From a virus (lineage: Duplodnaviria; Caudoviricetes), in the IMG/VR virus record IMGVR_UViG_3300046835_000018, positions 1-54,242 of that record: a DNA stretch of 54,242 nucleotides; one strand, 5' to 3'. Made by a program: the position numbers and the translations under genes. The notes beneath the pieces were generated by a model. That model was given only the letters and a program-made list of their open reading frames with translations. It was not told the origin of the DNA and did not search any database. Each line of letters opens with the position of its first letter. The stretch's first letter is position 1. Shown in pieces: positions 7,291 through 15,784 of this stretch.

Positions 7291-7794
7291 ATGCAGCCGA
7301 GCACTCCCGACTTCGAAGACGCCGGCACTGAGAACGAGCTGGACCTCGAGGTCAACGACGACGCGAACCTGGACGTGGACATCCCGGCTGACGACGAGAC
7401 GGACGTTCCGGTGAGCGAGGGCGACGAGACCAAGGCGGCCAAGCCGGCCAAGGCCACGCGTCCGAAGGCACCTGAAGGCTTCGTGAAGCCCGTCGAGTTC
7501 GCGAAGATCCTGTCGGCGCACCTGGACAAGGTGGTTCCGCCGCAGGTGGTCTACAGCTACGTCAAGAACAACCAGGGCGACACCGCGAAGAACCCGTTCC
7601 CGGTTCACACCGGCTCGGACGGGTACGAGTGGTACATCAAGCCCGAAGAGGGTCTGAAGTGGTGGGACAACAAGAACGCGCGTGTCACCGCTTCCAAGGC
7701 CGCCAAGGCTGAGAAGGCCGCCAAGAAAGCCAGTGCCGCGGAGGCGACGACCATCGCCGACAGCGAGCCTACGGCGGTAGTCGAAGCCGAGTAA
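7291..7794 (+). CDS. Putative DNA-binding protein (acidic N-terminus, HTH-like core, Ala/Lys-rich tail)
   Basis: AAGGAG RBS; KPVEFAK..PPQVVYSYVKN core; AKAAKAEKAAKKA histone-like tail. Confidence 0.6.
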   Translation: MQPSTPDFEDAGTENELDLEVNDDANLDVDIPADDETDVPVSEGDETKAAKPAKATRPKAPEGFVKPVEFAKILSAHLDKVVPPQVVYSYVKNNQGDTAKNPFPVHTGSDGYEWYIKPEEGLKWWDNKNARVTASKAAKAEKAAKKASAAEATTIADSEPTAVVEAE

Positions 7795-7802
7795 GCTTCA
7801 CC

Positions 7803-7852
7803 GCCCCTGAACAAGCCGTGAGGGTGCCCGATCGAATCGGGCCAGGGGCACG
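7803..7852 (+). ncRNA. Minimal tRNA-like RNA (acceptor + T-arm)
   Basis: GCCCCTG/CAGGGGC acceptor, GCCCG-ATCGAAT-CGGGC T-arm, 3' ACG. Confidence 0.65.
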
Positions 7853-8077
7853 CAAAGCCTCCTATTGAGGCCACCGCAACGCCGAACAGTTTCAACGGCT
7901 TACGCGCGACACGCAAGAGCCACAAGAGGGTCCATCAGGACTCCGGTTGTTGTCGGTGGATAGACGGGAAGCATTGCAGGGAAGGTGTCGGAGAGCGGGG
8001 ACGACTTTTCGACACCTTCCCGAAGAGGCGTCAGTGGTAGGGAGGAGCTGGTGTTCGGGCCAGCCTGACGCCTCGAA

Positions 8078-8168
8078 GGGGAAGGTCATATTGGTGATAA
8101 GCACTACTGGGATGACCGCGCAGGCCTGTTCCAATTTTGCTGCAGGTTCGATTCCTGCCTTCCCCACG
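8078..8168 (+). ncRNA. Atypical tRNA-like RNA
   Basis: GGGGAAG/CTTCCCC acceptor, GCAGG-TTCGATT-CCTGC T-arm, non-canonical middle, 3' ACG. Confidence 0.65.
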
Positions 8169-8277
8169 TGCACAGGTAAGCTGAACACTTCTATTCGACA
8201 GTACCTTTCAGGGACACTCGACCTGGGCGTGTTGCGCGAAACAGCTTACCTGTGCCACTAACTACTTGGAGGGGAAC

Positions 8278-8607
8278 ATGGTCGAAGAGATCACCACTGC
8301 GGATGCCCAGCTCCGTGCCGAGAGGCGCAACAGGGAAGCTGAGGAGGAGCTGGCCCGCAAGCGCAAGGCCATCGAACAGTTCGAGGATCTGACTCAGAGC
8401 CGTGCTGACGGTACGGTAGTCAGGTTCCGCAAGGCGTTCAGCAACGGTGGTACCGCCTACACGTACGCCGCCATCAAGGCGAACGGAGAATGGTACACGA
8501 CAGGCCCTCGAGGCACTGCCTACAGCGATGAGAACTTCTGCCTCTGGCTCGTTTCAGGGCCGGAGATCGCTACGGGCTTCACCATCATGGTGCCGGAAGA
8601 GGGATAA
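8278..8607 (+). CDS. Hypothetical protein
   Basis: GGAGGG RBS; YTYAAIKANGEWYTTG segment. Confidence 0.75.
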   Translation: MVEEITTADAQLRAERRNREAEEELARKRKAIEQFEDLTQSRADGTVVRFRKAFSNGGTAYTYAAIKANGEWYTTGPRGTAYSDENFCLWLVSGPEIATGFTIMVPEEG

Positions 8608-8694
8608 AGCTTCATTGAGGCCCCCGTCTTCGTAGATAACTGCGGAGGCGGGGTGCACCAACGAGAGCGCGGGTGATGGCGCGGCTTTCGGTAG

Positions 8695-8742
8695 AAGAAA
8701 AGGGGTTGGAAAGGCTTCAATGCCTGACCAGCCCCTTTTCTT
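8695..8742 (+). terminator. Intrinsic terminator-like hairpin (possibly bidirectional)
   Basis: AAGAAAAGGGGTTGG...CCAGCCCCTTTTCTT. Confidence 0.6.
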
Positions 8743-8809
8743 GTGCCCAAAGCTATGCGACACAGGCCTAGTTCGGCCCTGTGGGTTTTTGGGAAAGGCA
8801 TTCCCGCTC

Positions 8810-8866
8810 GGTATATCTTGACTTCTTAGTACCTCTTGAAGTCCAATAGCATACCAGGCGTATAAT
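8810..8866 (+). promoter_or_regulatory. Promoter with overlapping inverted repeat
   Basis: TTGAAG-N19-TATAAT; TTGACTTC...GAAGTCCAA quasi-palindrome covers the -35. Confidence 0.7.
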
Positions 8867-8886
8867 AGGATATAGAAAGGGAAAAC

Positions 8887-9102
8887 ATGCCACTGGACTT
8901 TACACCTGATCAGCTGCAACTGCTGACGGAGACACTCGAAGAGGCGGAACAGGACGCACGTGATGTCCTGGATGTCTTGATCGAGAAGGAACAGACGGCT
9001 GAAACCGTGGATGAGTTCCTTGAGTGTACTGCGACGCAGCACGAACGCATCGAAGGACTCAAGAAGCTCCAGGAGATGGTGAAAGAATGTCTGAACAGGT
9101 AG
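8887..9102 (+). CDS. Acidic hypothetical protein
   Basis: AAAGGG RBS, 71 aa. Confidence 0.7.
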   Translation: MPLDFTPDQLQLLTETLEEAEQDARDVLDVLIEKEQTAETVDEFLECTATQHERIEGLKKLQEMVKECLNR

Positions 9103-9497
9103 ACCTTCACGTCATCCCAGCTGTGTTCGAGCATGCTCAGCGGGTGTACAACAAGATGCTCGAAGAGTCCGAGGAAGACAGCGACGGACTGACGGTGTAT
9201 CAGGGGCACTTGACCCGCTTGTTCAAGGACTTGCGGCTGAGTGTCCCTTACTACACTCTGATCAAGAACAAACTGGTCGCCATGGGCTGCATTGAGCAGA
9301 CACGGCGGGGCGGGGGAAATGGAACAAGTCGGTGGGTCCTTTGGCGTGAGCCGATGTTGCCTGCATGGAACGTGGCAGACGCTGCAAGGGCTCGCAAGGG
9401 GAACAAGACGCTACAGCTCGAAGTACGGATCACCGACCTCACACGTCGGATGGCCTTGCTCGAGCAGACCGTCAAGAGGATGCAGGAGGCGATGTGA
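9087..9497 (+). CDS. Putative winged-helix DNA-binding protein
   Basis: LRLSVPYYTLIKNKLVAMGCIEQTRRGG wHTH-like pattern plus C-terminal coiled coil. Confidence 0.55.
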   Translation: MSEQVDLHVIPAVFEHAQRVYNKMLEESEEDSDGLTVYQGHLTRLFKDLRLSVPYYTLIKNKLVAMGCIEQTRRGGGNGTSRWVLWREPMLPAWNVADAARARKGNKTLQLEVRITDLTRRMALLEQTVKRMQEAM

Positions 9498-9811
9498 GCT
9501 TGACAACAATCGAGGTCGCCCGTCGATGCCCCAAGTGTGAACAGCCTGGGGAGAAGGTCGGCGAGCGATCAGTCACAGGAGGACAACGAGGAGCGAAGGT
9601 GCACTTGTTCGAGTGCCGCAACGCTCGCTGTAGGTGGTTCGGGCAGATATGCAGAGCAGTGCAGGTGAACCCCGACGGTACGATTCCGGATCCCGTGATG
9701 AAGCGGGAGAAGCAGTACCCAACAGTACCAGATCGGACCCAGCAAGTGAACGAGATGCTCGAGCGTCAGCTCGCCGCAGAACGCAACGGGTCCGGAGAAG
9801 TAGCAACCTAG
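9494..9811 (+). CDS. Zinc-ribbon protein
   Basis: CPKC...CRNARC; GTG start overlapping the upstream stop. Confidence 0.65.
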   Translation: MSLTTIEVARRCPKCEQPGEKVGERSVTGGQRGAKVHLFECRNARCRWFGQICRAVQVNPDGTIPDPVMKREKQYPTVPDRTQQVNEMLERQLAAERNGSGEVAT

Positions 9812-9904
9812 TAGACTTTCGTTAGACAAATTGGCGCGTCTTTGTAGTGAGGTAGGCTCGTCAGTTTGTCTAACAAGTGTCTAGATAGGTCTGTAAAACG
9901 TCTA
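9812..9904 (+). repeat. 93-bp phased AGAC/GTCT element, copy 1
   Basis: TAGAC 9812, TAGAC 9823, 40-bp spacer, GTCT at 9868/9879/9889/9900. Confidence 0.85.
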
Positions 9905-9930
9905 TAGTAATCCTATACCAAGGGGTTAAA

Positions 9931-10371
9931 GTGAGCAGGGTAGACGAGTTGTACCGGTTGGAATACGAGGCCCTTCAGAGCAAGTGGGAGGAGCTCTTCG
10001 AGAACTGTCCGACCCCTGAGGCTGACGCTATCCTCGATGCTTCACACCCACCGCCTGGTCTTGGTCGAATGATCGCCGAGGTCCAGACGGAGCTGATGGA
10101 GAAGCTCGAAGCTCTGGGTGAAGAGGGCGACGATGATGACACACGTGTCATGCGCTTGTTCACAGCAAGCATGAACGCGCTCTCCTTCATGACTGTACGT
10201 TTCTACCGCCTTGGCGGAGCGATGGCATGGCATATGCCTTACGAGAACATGACGCCATGCAGATGTACTGTCGCGCACGACGAAGAACTAAATGACCTAC
10301 TCAGTGAAGGGTTTCCACTCGACGGGGATGGGTGGGTGATTCAGAACTTCGTACCTAGGAGGGAGTCATGA
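9931..10371 (+). CDS. Hypothetical protein
   Basis: AAGGGG RBS, 146 aa, coupled to the helicase. Confidence 0.75.
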   Translation: MSRVDELYRLEYEALQSKWEELFENCPTPEADAILDASHPPPGLGRMIAEVQTELMEKLEALGEEGDDDDTRVMRLFTASMNALSFMTVRFYRLGGAMAWHMPYENMTPCRCTVAHDEELNDLLSEGFPLDGDGWVIQNFVPRRES

Positions 10372-11822
10372 AGCTTTACCCATTCCAAAAGGAGATGGTC
10401 GACAAGTTCGAGTGTACTCCTGCCGTCCTCTGCGGGGATGACATGGGCGTGGGTAAGACATTCGAAGCACTGGCCCTAGACTTACGTAGGAGAACTACGC
10501 AGCTTAATGGGTACAGGCAAACGGACTGCAAGACACTCATTGTGGCGCCGCTTTCAGTGACGTCGTCGTGGGTTCGTCACGTGCAGACAATTTGGCCAGC
10601 AGCTAAGATCGCTGTGCTGAACCCGAAGAACCGGGACGCTCTCGCCAAGCAGTTGCGAGAGCCTTACCACTACTACGTTGTCCACTGGGAAGCTTTGCGC
10701 CTCATGCCAGAGCTGTACGAAGTGAACTGGTGGCACGTAATCGCCGATGAGGTGCACCGCGCCAAGAACCGTAAGGCGCAGCAAACCATCGGGCTCAAGA
10801 AGTTGAAGACGTCGTACAAGACTGGTCTGTCTGGCACGCCGGCCGACAATCAGCCACAGGATCTCTGGTCAATTCTTCATTGGCTATATCCGAAAGTGTG
10901 GTCTAGTTACCACAGGTTCGTGTACCATCACGTCAAGATCCAGAAGCACCCCGCTGGACAATGTACTGCGTTTGGGTGTGACAAGTACCACAAAAACGCG
11001 TACCAGAAGATCATGGGCGTATCGAATGTAGAAGAGCTGCACAAGAACATACAGCCCTACTACATGCGGCGCACTAAGGAAGAGGTCATCAAGGATCTTC
11101 CTGACAAGTACTTCAGTCAGATCGAAGTCGAGTTGCCGCCGCGTCAGAGGCGGATCTACAACCAGATGAAAGAGTCCATGCTTGCGTGGGTGGGAAAGCA
11201 TGAACAAGAGCCCATCGCAGCGCCCATCATCGTAGCCCAGCTCACACGGTTGAAGCAGTTCGCTCTTGCTTACGCCGAGCTGGAGACCTACTACAAGACG
11301 GACGATCAGGGCGAGAAGGTAGCGTTCCAGCGCGTCAGGCTGACTGATCCATCAACGAAGCTTGATGCGGTAATGGACGTACTCGAAGATTCACTGGAGC
11401 AAGTAGTTGTGTTCAGTGAGTCGAAGCAGATGATCTACCTGCTCAAGGCTCGTCTGGACAAGGCAGGAATCACCTGTGCAACACTGACTGGAGATACTCC
11501 CCACGCAGAACGTGGCAAGATCGTGGATGAGTTCCAGGCAGGCAACATTCGTGTGTTCGCAGGGACAATTGCTGCTGGTGGTGAAGGCATTACGCTGACA
11601 GCAGCAAGCACCGTCATCTTCTTGGACAGAACGTGGAACCCGTCCAAGAACAAGCAGGCAGAAGATCGCCTGCATCGTATCGGACAGAAGAATGCCGTAC
11701 ACGTTATCGACATCGTGGCGAAAGACACAGTCGATGGCGGACGGCTCCAGCAGTTGAAGCTGAAGTGGTCATGGCTGAAGCAGTTGCTGGGTGACAAGAC
11801 AGTGGTGGAGATCGATGCGTAA
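10368..11822 (+). CDS. SNF2-like superfamily 2 helicase
   Basis: DDMGVGKT Walker A, DEVH, SGTP, QAEDRLHRIGQ motifs. Confidence 0.93.
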   Translation: MKLYPFQKEMVDKFECTPAVLCGDDMGVGKTFEALALDLRRRTTQLNGYRQTDCKTLIVAPLSVTSSWVRHVQTIWPAAKIAVLNPKNRDALAKQLREPYHYYVVHWEALRLMPELYEVNWWHVIADEVHRAKNRKAQQTIGLKKLKTSYKTGLSGTPADNQPQDLWSILHWLYPKVWSSYHRFVYHHVKIQKHPAGQCTAFGCDKYHKNAYQKIMGVSNVEELHKNIQPYYMRRTKEEVIKDLPDKYFSQIEVELPPRQRRIYNQMKESMLAWVGKHEQEPIAAPIIVAQLTRLKQFALAYAELETYYKTDDQGEKVAFQRVRLTDPSTKLDAVMDVLEDSLEQVVVFSESKQMIYLLKARLDKAGITCATLTGDTPHAERGKIVDEFQAGNIRVFAGTIAAGGEGITLTAASTVIFLDRTWNPSKNKQAEDRLHRIGQKNAVHVIDIVAKDTVDGGRLQQLKLKWSWLKQLLGDKTVVEIDA

Positions 11823-11829
11823 AAGGGAA

Positions 11830-12000
11830 GTGGATTGGGAAGGAATTGTTATCGGGTCGCTCATCGCTGTGTTCATTATCGCACTCTTGGTATGGGCAGG
11901 CGTATCGACCATTAGAGACCAACGAGCGAAGAGTGAATGCTTCGCCGGCAACAAGCAGGTAGTCCAAGCAGAACATGGCGAAGGCTGGTCTTGTAGGTGA
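11830..12000 (+). CDS. Small membrane protein
   Basis: One strong hydrophobic helix. Confidence 0.6.
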   Translation: MDWEGIVIGSLIAVFIIALLVWAGVSTIRDQRAKSECFAGNKQVVQAEHGEGWSCR

Positions 12001-12013
12001 AGGAGCAAGAAAT

Positions 12014-12078
12014 GGTAGCAGGAGCGTTGAGCCTGGAGAACCCGAAAGGGAGGCTCAGCGTTCCTGCTGCCTTTTTTT
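12014..12078 (+). terminator. Intrinsic terminator
   Basis: ~21-bp stem GGTAGCAGGAGCGTTGAGCCT/AGGCTCAGCGTTCCTGCTGCC followed by T7. Confidence 0.8.
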
Positions 12079-12102
12079 ATTCCTTCCGTTAGGAGCCATC
12101 CC

Positions 12103-12321
12103 GTGCGCCACACATACCACCGAGAAGGTGTCACAGACCTGAGCGCCTTCCGTGAGGAAGCTCAGCGTCGACTGCTCGACAAGTACTACCCGGATGAGAC
12201 AGTCATCCACCTGCATGACAAGGAACTGTCGTGCAAGGAAAACAAGCACGAAACGGTCCTCTTCGAGAAGCCCGAAGCGACCGTCGATCCCGAGTCAGGT
12301 ATCCTCACCTGGGACAACTAG
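12103..12321 (+). CDS. Hypothetical protein
   Basis: AGGAG RBS. Confidence 0.6.
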   Translation: MRHTYHREGVTDLSAFREEAQRRLLDKYYPDETVIHLHDKELSCKENKHETVLFEKPEATVDPESGILTWDN

Positions 12322-12479
12322 TGAGTGATACCAAAACCATCGTCAGTATGACGTGCATAGTAGACGATGAGACTCAGGTCGTGAAGGTGTTCGAGACCTT
12401 CAGTCGGGTCGTACTCGGGTTGAGCCTCGACGACATCGACGTCAGCATATCCGTACACAAGATGGAGGAGGTGGAATAA
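12321..12479 (+). CDS. Hypothetical protein
   Basis: Translationally coupled GTG ORF (3' part of 12231-12479). Confidence 0.55.
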   Translation: MSDTKTIVSMTCIVDDETQVVKVFETFSRVVLGLSLDDIDVSISVHKMEEVE

Positions 12480-12826
12480 TGGCTAAGTACGTTCTCATAC
12501 AGTTCGACAACGATGACGACGCTGAGGGATTCGTCGGAGGTCTCACAACGACCAACCCGAATGCGTCAGTCAAGGTCGCCGGCATCTTCAAGAAGCCCAC
12601 GCTCTTCTGCGAGTGTGTACCACAGGAAGAGAAGAGCGCTCGCGGAGCCAAGTGGGGATGGTGGATCTGCAAGAAGTGCGGCCGATGCAAGAAGGGTCAA
12701 TGGCAGTCACCTAGGAACCTGCTCGACCCTGCAGACATCCTCTCGAAGGAGCGCACCTCCTTCCTGCAGACGCACGAGCCCATCGGCGAGCGTCTTCCGA
12801 CAGTGACTCTGATCGAGCCCCGATGA
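12479..12826 (+). CDS. Cys-rich hypothetical protein
   Basis: GGAGG RBS; FCEC...WWICKKCGRC. Confidence 0.7.
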   Translation: MAKYVLIQFDNDDDAEGFVGGLTTTNPNASVKVAGIFKKPTLFCECVPQEEKSARGAKWGWWICKKCGRCKKGQWQSPRNLLDPADILSKERTSFLQTHEPIGERLPTVTLIEPR

Positions 12827-13016
12827 CTTTCGGTGACTGGCTCCTAGCAGGGTTCGTCGTTGCCATGCTCGGACTTCTATTCTTGCTGAGCAAGGGCAAG
12901 ATATAGAGGATCTTGAATGCGTGCCTGTGGAATACAACCACCCACAGGGCGGCTGCAGTGAATGGAGGAACTAATATTGCCTATTGTGTCCTAATCAGTT
13001 CTTTGAAGGGAATAGA

Positions 13017-14222
13017 ATGGGTAAGCACAGAATGTCTTCTCCCCTGCAGAACGCGTGGGAGAAGCAGTGGGGCAACATCAAGAAGTTCGGACCGACTACT
13101 TGTGCCGTCCTCGCCTTGGCGATGTCAGCCTTCCTTGTGGGAGGCCCGACGCCGTCGTCAGCCAATGAGACCACCTTCGTGGACGAGCAAGGCCTGATCT
13201 GCGTCAGGACTGACTTTGAGAATGGAGGTATGAACCTCGTATGCAAGCCTCAACCAGGTACACCGTCACCTACGCCAACGTCCTCAAGCTCCCCGACGCC
13301 GAGCGCAACTCCTTCGGCAACGGAATCCCCTACGTCATCCCCTTCCCCGTCGCCTACTGTGACTCCTTCACCGACCGCGCCTCCGAGTCCGACTACAACA
13401 CCTTCTCCAAGCGCCTCGCCGACGTCGTCGCCAAGCCCGACTACCAGTCCGACCCAGACGACGAACTGCATGCCTGTACCTTCGGCGTGCGGATGGCCGG
13501 ATGCAACCAATACGGGTACTACCGGTAGCCTCGGCATCGTTCCGAATGACGTGACGCTCTCTACGGCCGGCATGGTCTACGAGAACCGTGACGTTCGTGG
13601 CTGCATCACAGTGCGAGCTGTCGGCGTGATCATCCGCAACGTGAAGATCACCTGCAGTGCTGACTACGCGATCGCAGTCAACACGGGACCATCTTCCAAC
13701 CGATGGAATTCACCCAACGCGAACCTGCTCGTTGATCGTGTCGACATCAACATGGCCGGACAGCTCGACGGCAAAGCCATTGCCTTCGACGGCTACACAC
13801 TTCGACGTGCCCACATTCACGGCGGCTCGGACTGCGGACACTTCGGTGAGAATGTCGTCATCGAGGATACGTTCTGCGAGATCCCTGCAGGAGGTCCTCA
13901 GGACGGTCCTCACTACGACGGCTACCAATCCGACGGCGGCCGTAACATCCGAATCAACCACAACACTATCCGAGTTCCCTACTCGCAGACATCAGCCATC
14001 CTGATGTCGACGAACACCTCACCGATCCGTGATGTGACAATCACCAACAACCTGGTAGCAGGTGGTGGCTACAGCATCTACTGCGGAACCGGCCAAGGCG
14101 GTCCTGTACTCGGCAGCTTCACCTTCTCCGGCAATGTCGTCGCTCGAACGTATTTCCCGAACGGCGGCTTCTGGGGTCCAGAGACCGAATGTCCCGCGTC
14201 AGGGTGGCGTTGGGATAGCTAG
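13017..14222 (+). CDS. Secreted protein with Pro/Ser/Thr linker and right-handed beta-helix (pectate-lyase-like) domain
   Basis: MGKHR + signal peptide, PSPT-rich linker, CGWPDATNTG, HYDGYQSDGG, repeated I.I.NN strands. Confidence 0.8.
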   Translation: MGKHRMSSPLQNAWEKQWGNIKKFGPTTCAVLALAMSAFLVGGPTPSSANETTFVDEQGLICVRTDFENGGMNLVCKPQPGTPSPTPTSSSSPTPSATPSATESPTSSPSPSPTVTPSPTAPPSPTTTPSPSASPTSSPSPTTSPTQTTNCMPVPSACGWPDATNTGTTGSLGIVPNDVTLSTAGMVYENRDVRGCITVRAVGVIIRNVKITCSADYAIAVNTGPSSNRWNSPNANLLVDRVDINMAGQLDGKAIAFDGYTLRRAHIHGGSDCGHFGENVVIEDTFCEIPAGGPQDGPHYDGYQSDGGRNIRINHNTIRVPYSQTSAILMSTNTSPIRDVTITNNLVAGGGYSIYCGTGQGGPVLGSFTFSGNVVARTYFPNGGFWGPETECPASGWRWDS

Positions 14223-14295
14223 TTGAATTGAAGTCGGGTCAAAATCGTACCACAGTGTCTCGTCTAGACATCTATAAAGACGATTTTGACCCCTC

Positions 14296-14326
14296 TTGAG
14301 GTCAACTACGTATCCAAGGGTATAAT
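14296..14326 (+). promoter_or_regulatory. Promoter of the recombination/replication operon
   Basis: TTGAGG-N19-TATAAT; TTGACC..GGTCAA palindrome over the -35; 13-bp IR 14236-14248/14280-14292 upstream. Confidence 0.7.
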
Positions 14327-14345
14327 AAATGGAGAAGGGATAAAT

Positions 14346-15593
14346 GTGGATATCTCAAAATATATCGACAATAAACTTACGCATTCACTTCACACCAGCG
14401 AGCGGATGAGCTTCAGGGCTTGTCGTCGTCGCTGGTCATGGCTCTTCCATGATCGTTGGTATCCGACGGTCACGCCTAAACCGTTGGAGTTCGGCTCCGC
14501 ATTCCACAAGGCCATGGAGTCGTGGTACGAGCCAACGATGTGGGACAAAGATCCTGAGACAAGACTTCAGCTCGCCATCGTGACATTCGTGCAGGTCTGT
14601 AATGAGCAGAAGCAGGCCTTCCTGAAGCAGAGCGGCTCGAGCGAACTTGATCCAGAGGTCAAGCTGGACTACGAGGAGAGAATCGAGCTCGGTACTGGAA
14701 TGATCCGGTATCACTGCACCAAGGTATCTCCGGTCAAGGATGTCGGCTTCAAGCCAAAGGCCGTCGAGATCGAGTTCGAGGTCCCGATCACCAACCCTGA
14801 GACAGGCGACCTCCTCTGGTGCAAGTGTGACCACTGCTGGAAGCAGTACTACGAGTGCTCAGACGAGCGCATCATTGCGTTGGGCGCAGTTACTCGCGAG
14901 AGTTGGAATGGTCTTCCCGTCACGTACGGTGGTCGCATCGACATGCTGGCTGAGGACGATCTTGGTCGGCTCTGGATCTTCGACTGGAAGACAGCTGCTA
15001 GGTTGTCCGGACAGGAAGAGGGTGATTCTCCTGACGAGTTCGTCTACCTCGAGGACCAGATCACTTCCTACCTTTGGGCCCTGTGGGGCTTGGGCATCCA
15101 GGTTGCCGGCTTCGTCCACCACGAGATGAAGAAGGCATTCCCTGTCGAGCCTGAGCCGAACAAGACGCAGCGCAAGGGTTGCTGGTACTCCGTCAACAAG
15201 ATGCAGAACACCACATACGACCTGTACCTCGAGACGATCACCGAAGGCGATCCTCAGGGCTTGGCTTCGGGATCGTACGATGACTTCCTGGACTACCTCA
15301 AGTCTTCAGGGCCAAGGTTCTTCAGCCGCAAGCAGGTCCACCGCAACGTGCGTGAACTCCAAAACGCTGGCAAGAACATCTGGCTCGAAGCCTTGGAGAT
15401 GACCGACCCCAACATCCGGATCTACCCTTCGCCCGGTAGGTTCGGATGTACTTTTTGCGCATATCGTCAACCGTGCCTGGCGACAAATCAGGATGAGGAT
15501 GTCGAGTACTTGTTCCTCTCCAACTTCGAGAAGCGCACTCGCAGGTACTGGGAAGAAGCAAAGCCGTCAACTGAATCGAAGGGTGGACAGTAG
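14346..15593 (+). CDS. PD-(D/E)XK Cas4/RecB-like exonuclease
   Basis: SERMSFRACRRRW, FGSAFH, GRID..DWKT, C-terminal C.FC.Y..PC. Confidence 0.88.
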   Translation: MDISKYIDNKLTHSLHTSERMSFRACRRRWSWLFHDRWYPTVTPKPLEFGSAFHKAMESWYEPTMWDKDPETRLQLAIVTFVQVCNEQKQAFLKQSGSSELDPEVKLDYEERIELGTGMIRYHCTKVSPVKDVGFKPKAVEIEFEVPITNPETGDLLWCKCDHCWKQYYECSDERIIALGAVTRESWNGLPVTYGGRIDMLAEDDLGRLWIFDWKTAARLSGQEEGDSPDEFVYLEDQITSYLWALWGLGIQVAGFVHHEMKKAFPVEPEPNKTQRKGCWYSVNKMQNTTYDLYLETITEGDPQGLASGSYDDFLDYLKSSGPRFFSRKQVHRNVRELQNAGKNIWLEALEMTDPNIRIYPSPGRFGCTFCAYRQPCLATNQDEDVEYLFLSNFEKRTRRYWEEAKPSTESKGGQ

Positions 15594-15766
15594 TGCCTAG
15601 GCCAGTTCGTAAATGCCGATTCTGTGGTGAGGAGATCACGATCGGTGGTGGGATGTCTGGTTGGAAGACTACTGAGACCCTCAAGGCCGCTTGCACAGTC
15701 AACCCGCTAGCAGTACACAGACCAGACAACAAACTCATCACACGGCACCAAAGAGTAGAAGAATAG
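15593..15766 (+). CDS. Small Zn-finger protein
   Basis: Hand-translated 57 aa, KCRFCG...C...H. Confidence 0.5.
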   Translation: MPRPVRKCRFCGEEITIGGGMSGWKTTETLKAACTVNPLAVHRPDNKLITRHQRVEE

Positions 15767-15784
15767 TCCAACAGTGAGGACGAC

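Noticed and set aside
6342-8168. Canonical tRNA genes with assignable anticodons
   Set aside because: No 5-bp stem/7-nt anticodon loop at the expected position, so they are reported as tRNA-like ncRNAs
13255-13465. Non-coding tandem repeat
   Set aside because: Explained by the Pro/Ser/Thr linker codons of the secreted protein
14346-15593. CRISPR-Cas system suggested by the Cas4-like nuclease
   Set aside because: No repeat-spacer array or other cas genes; the context is the common nuclease-Sak4-SSB recombination module
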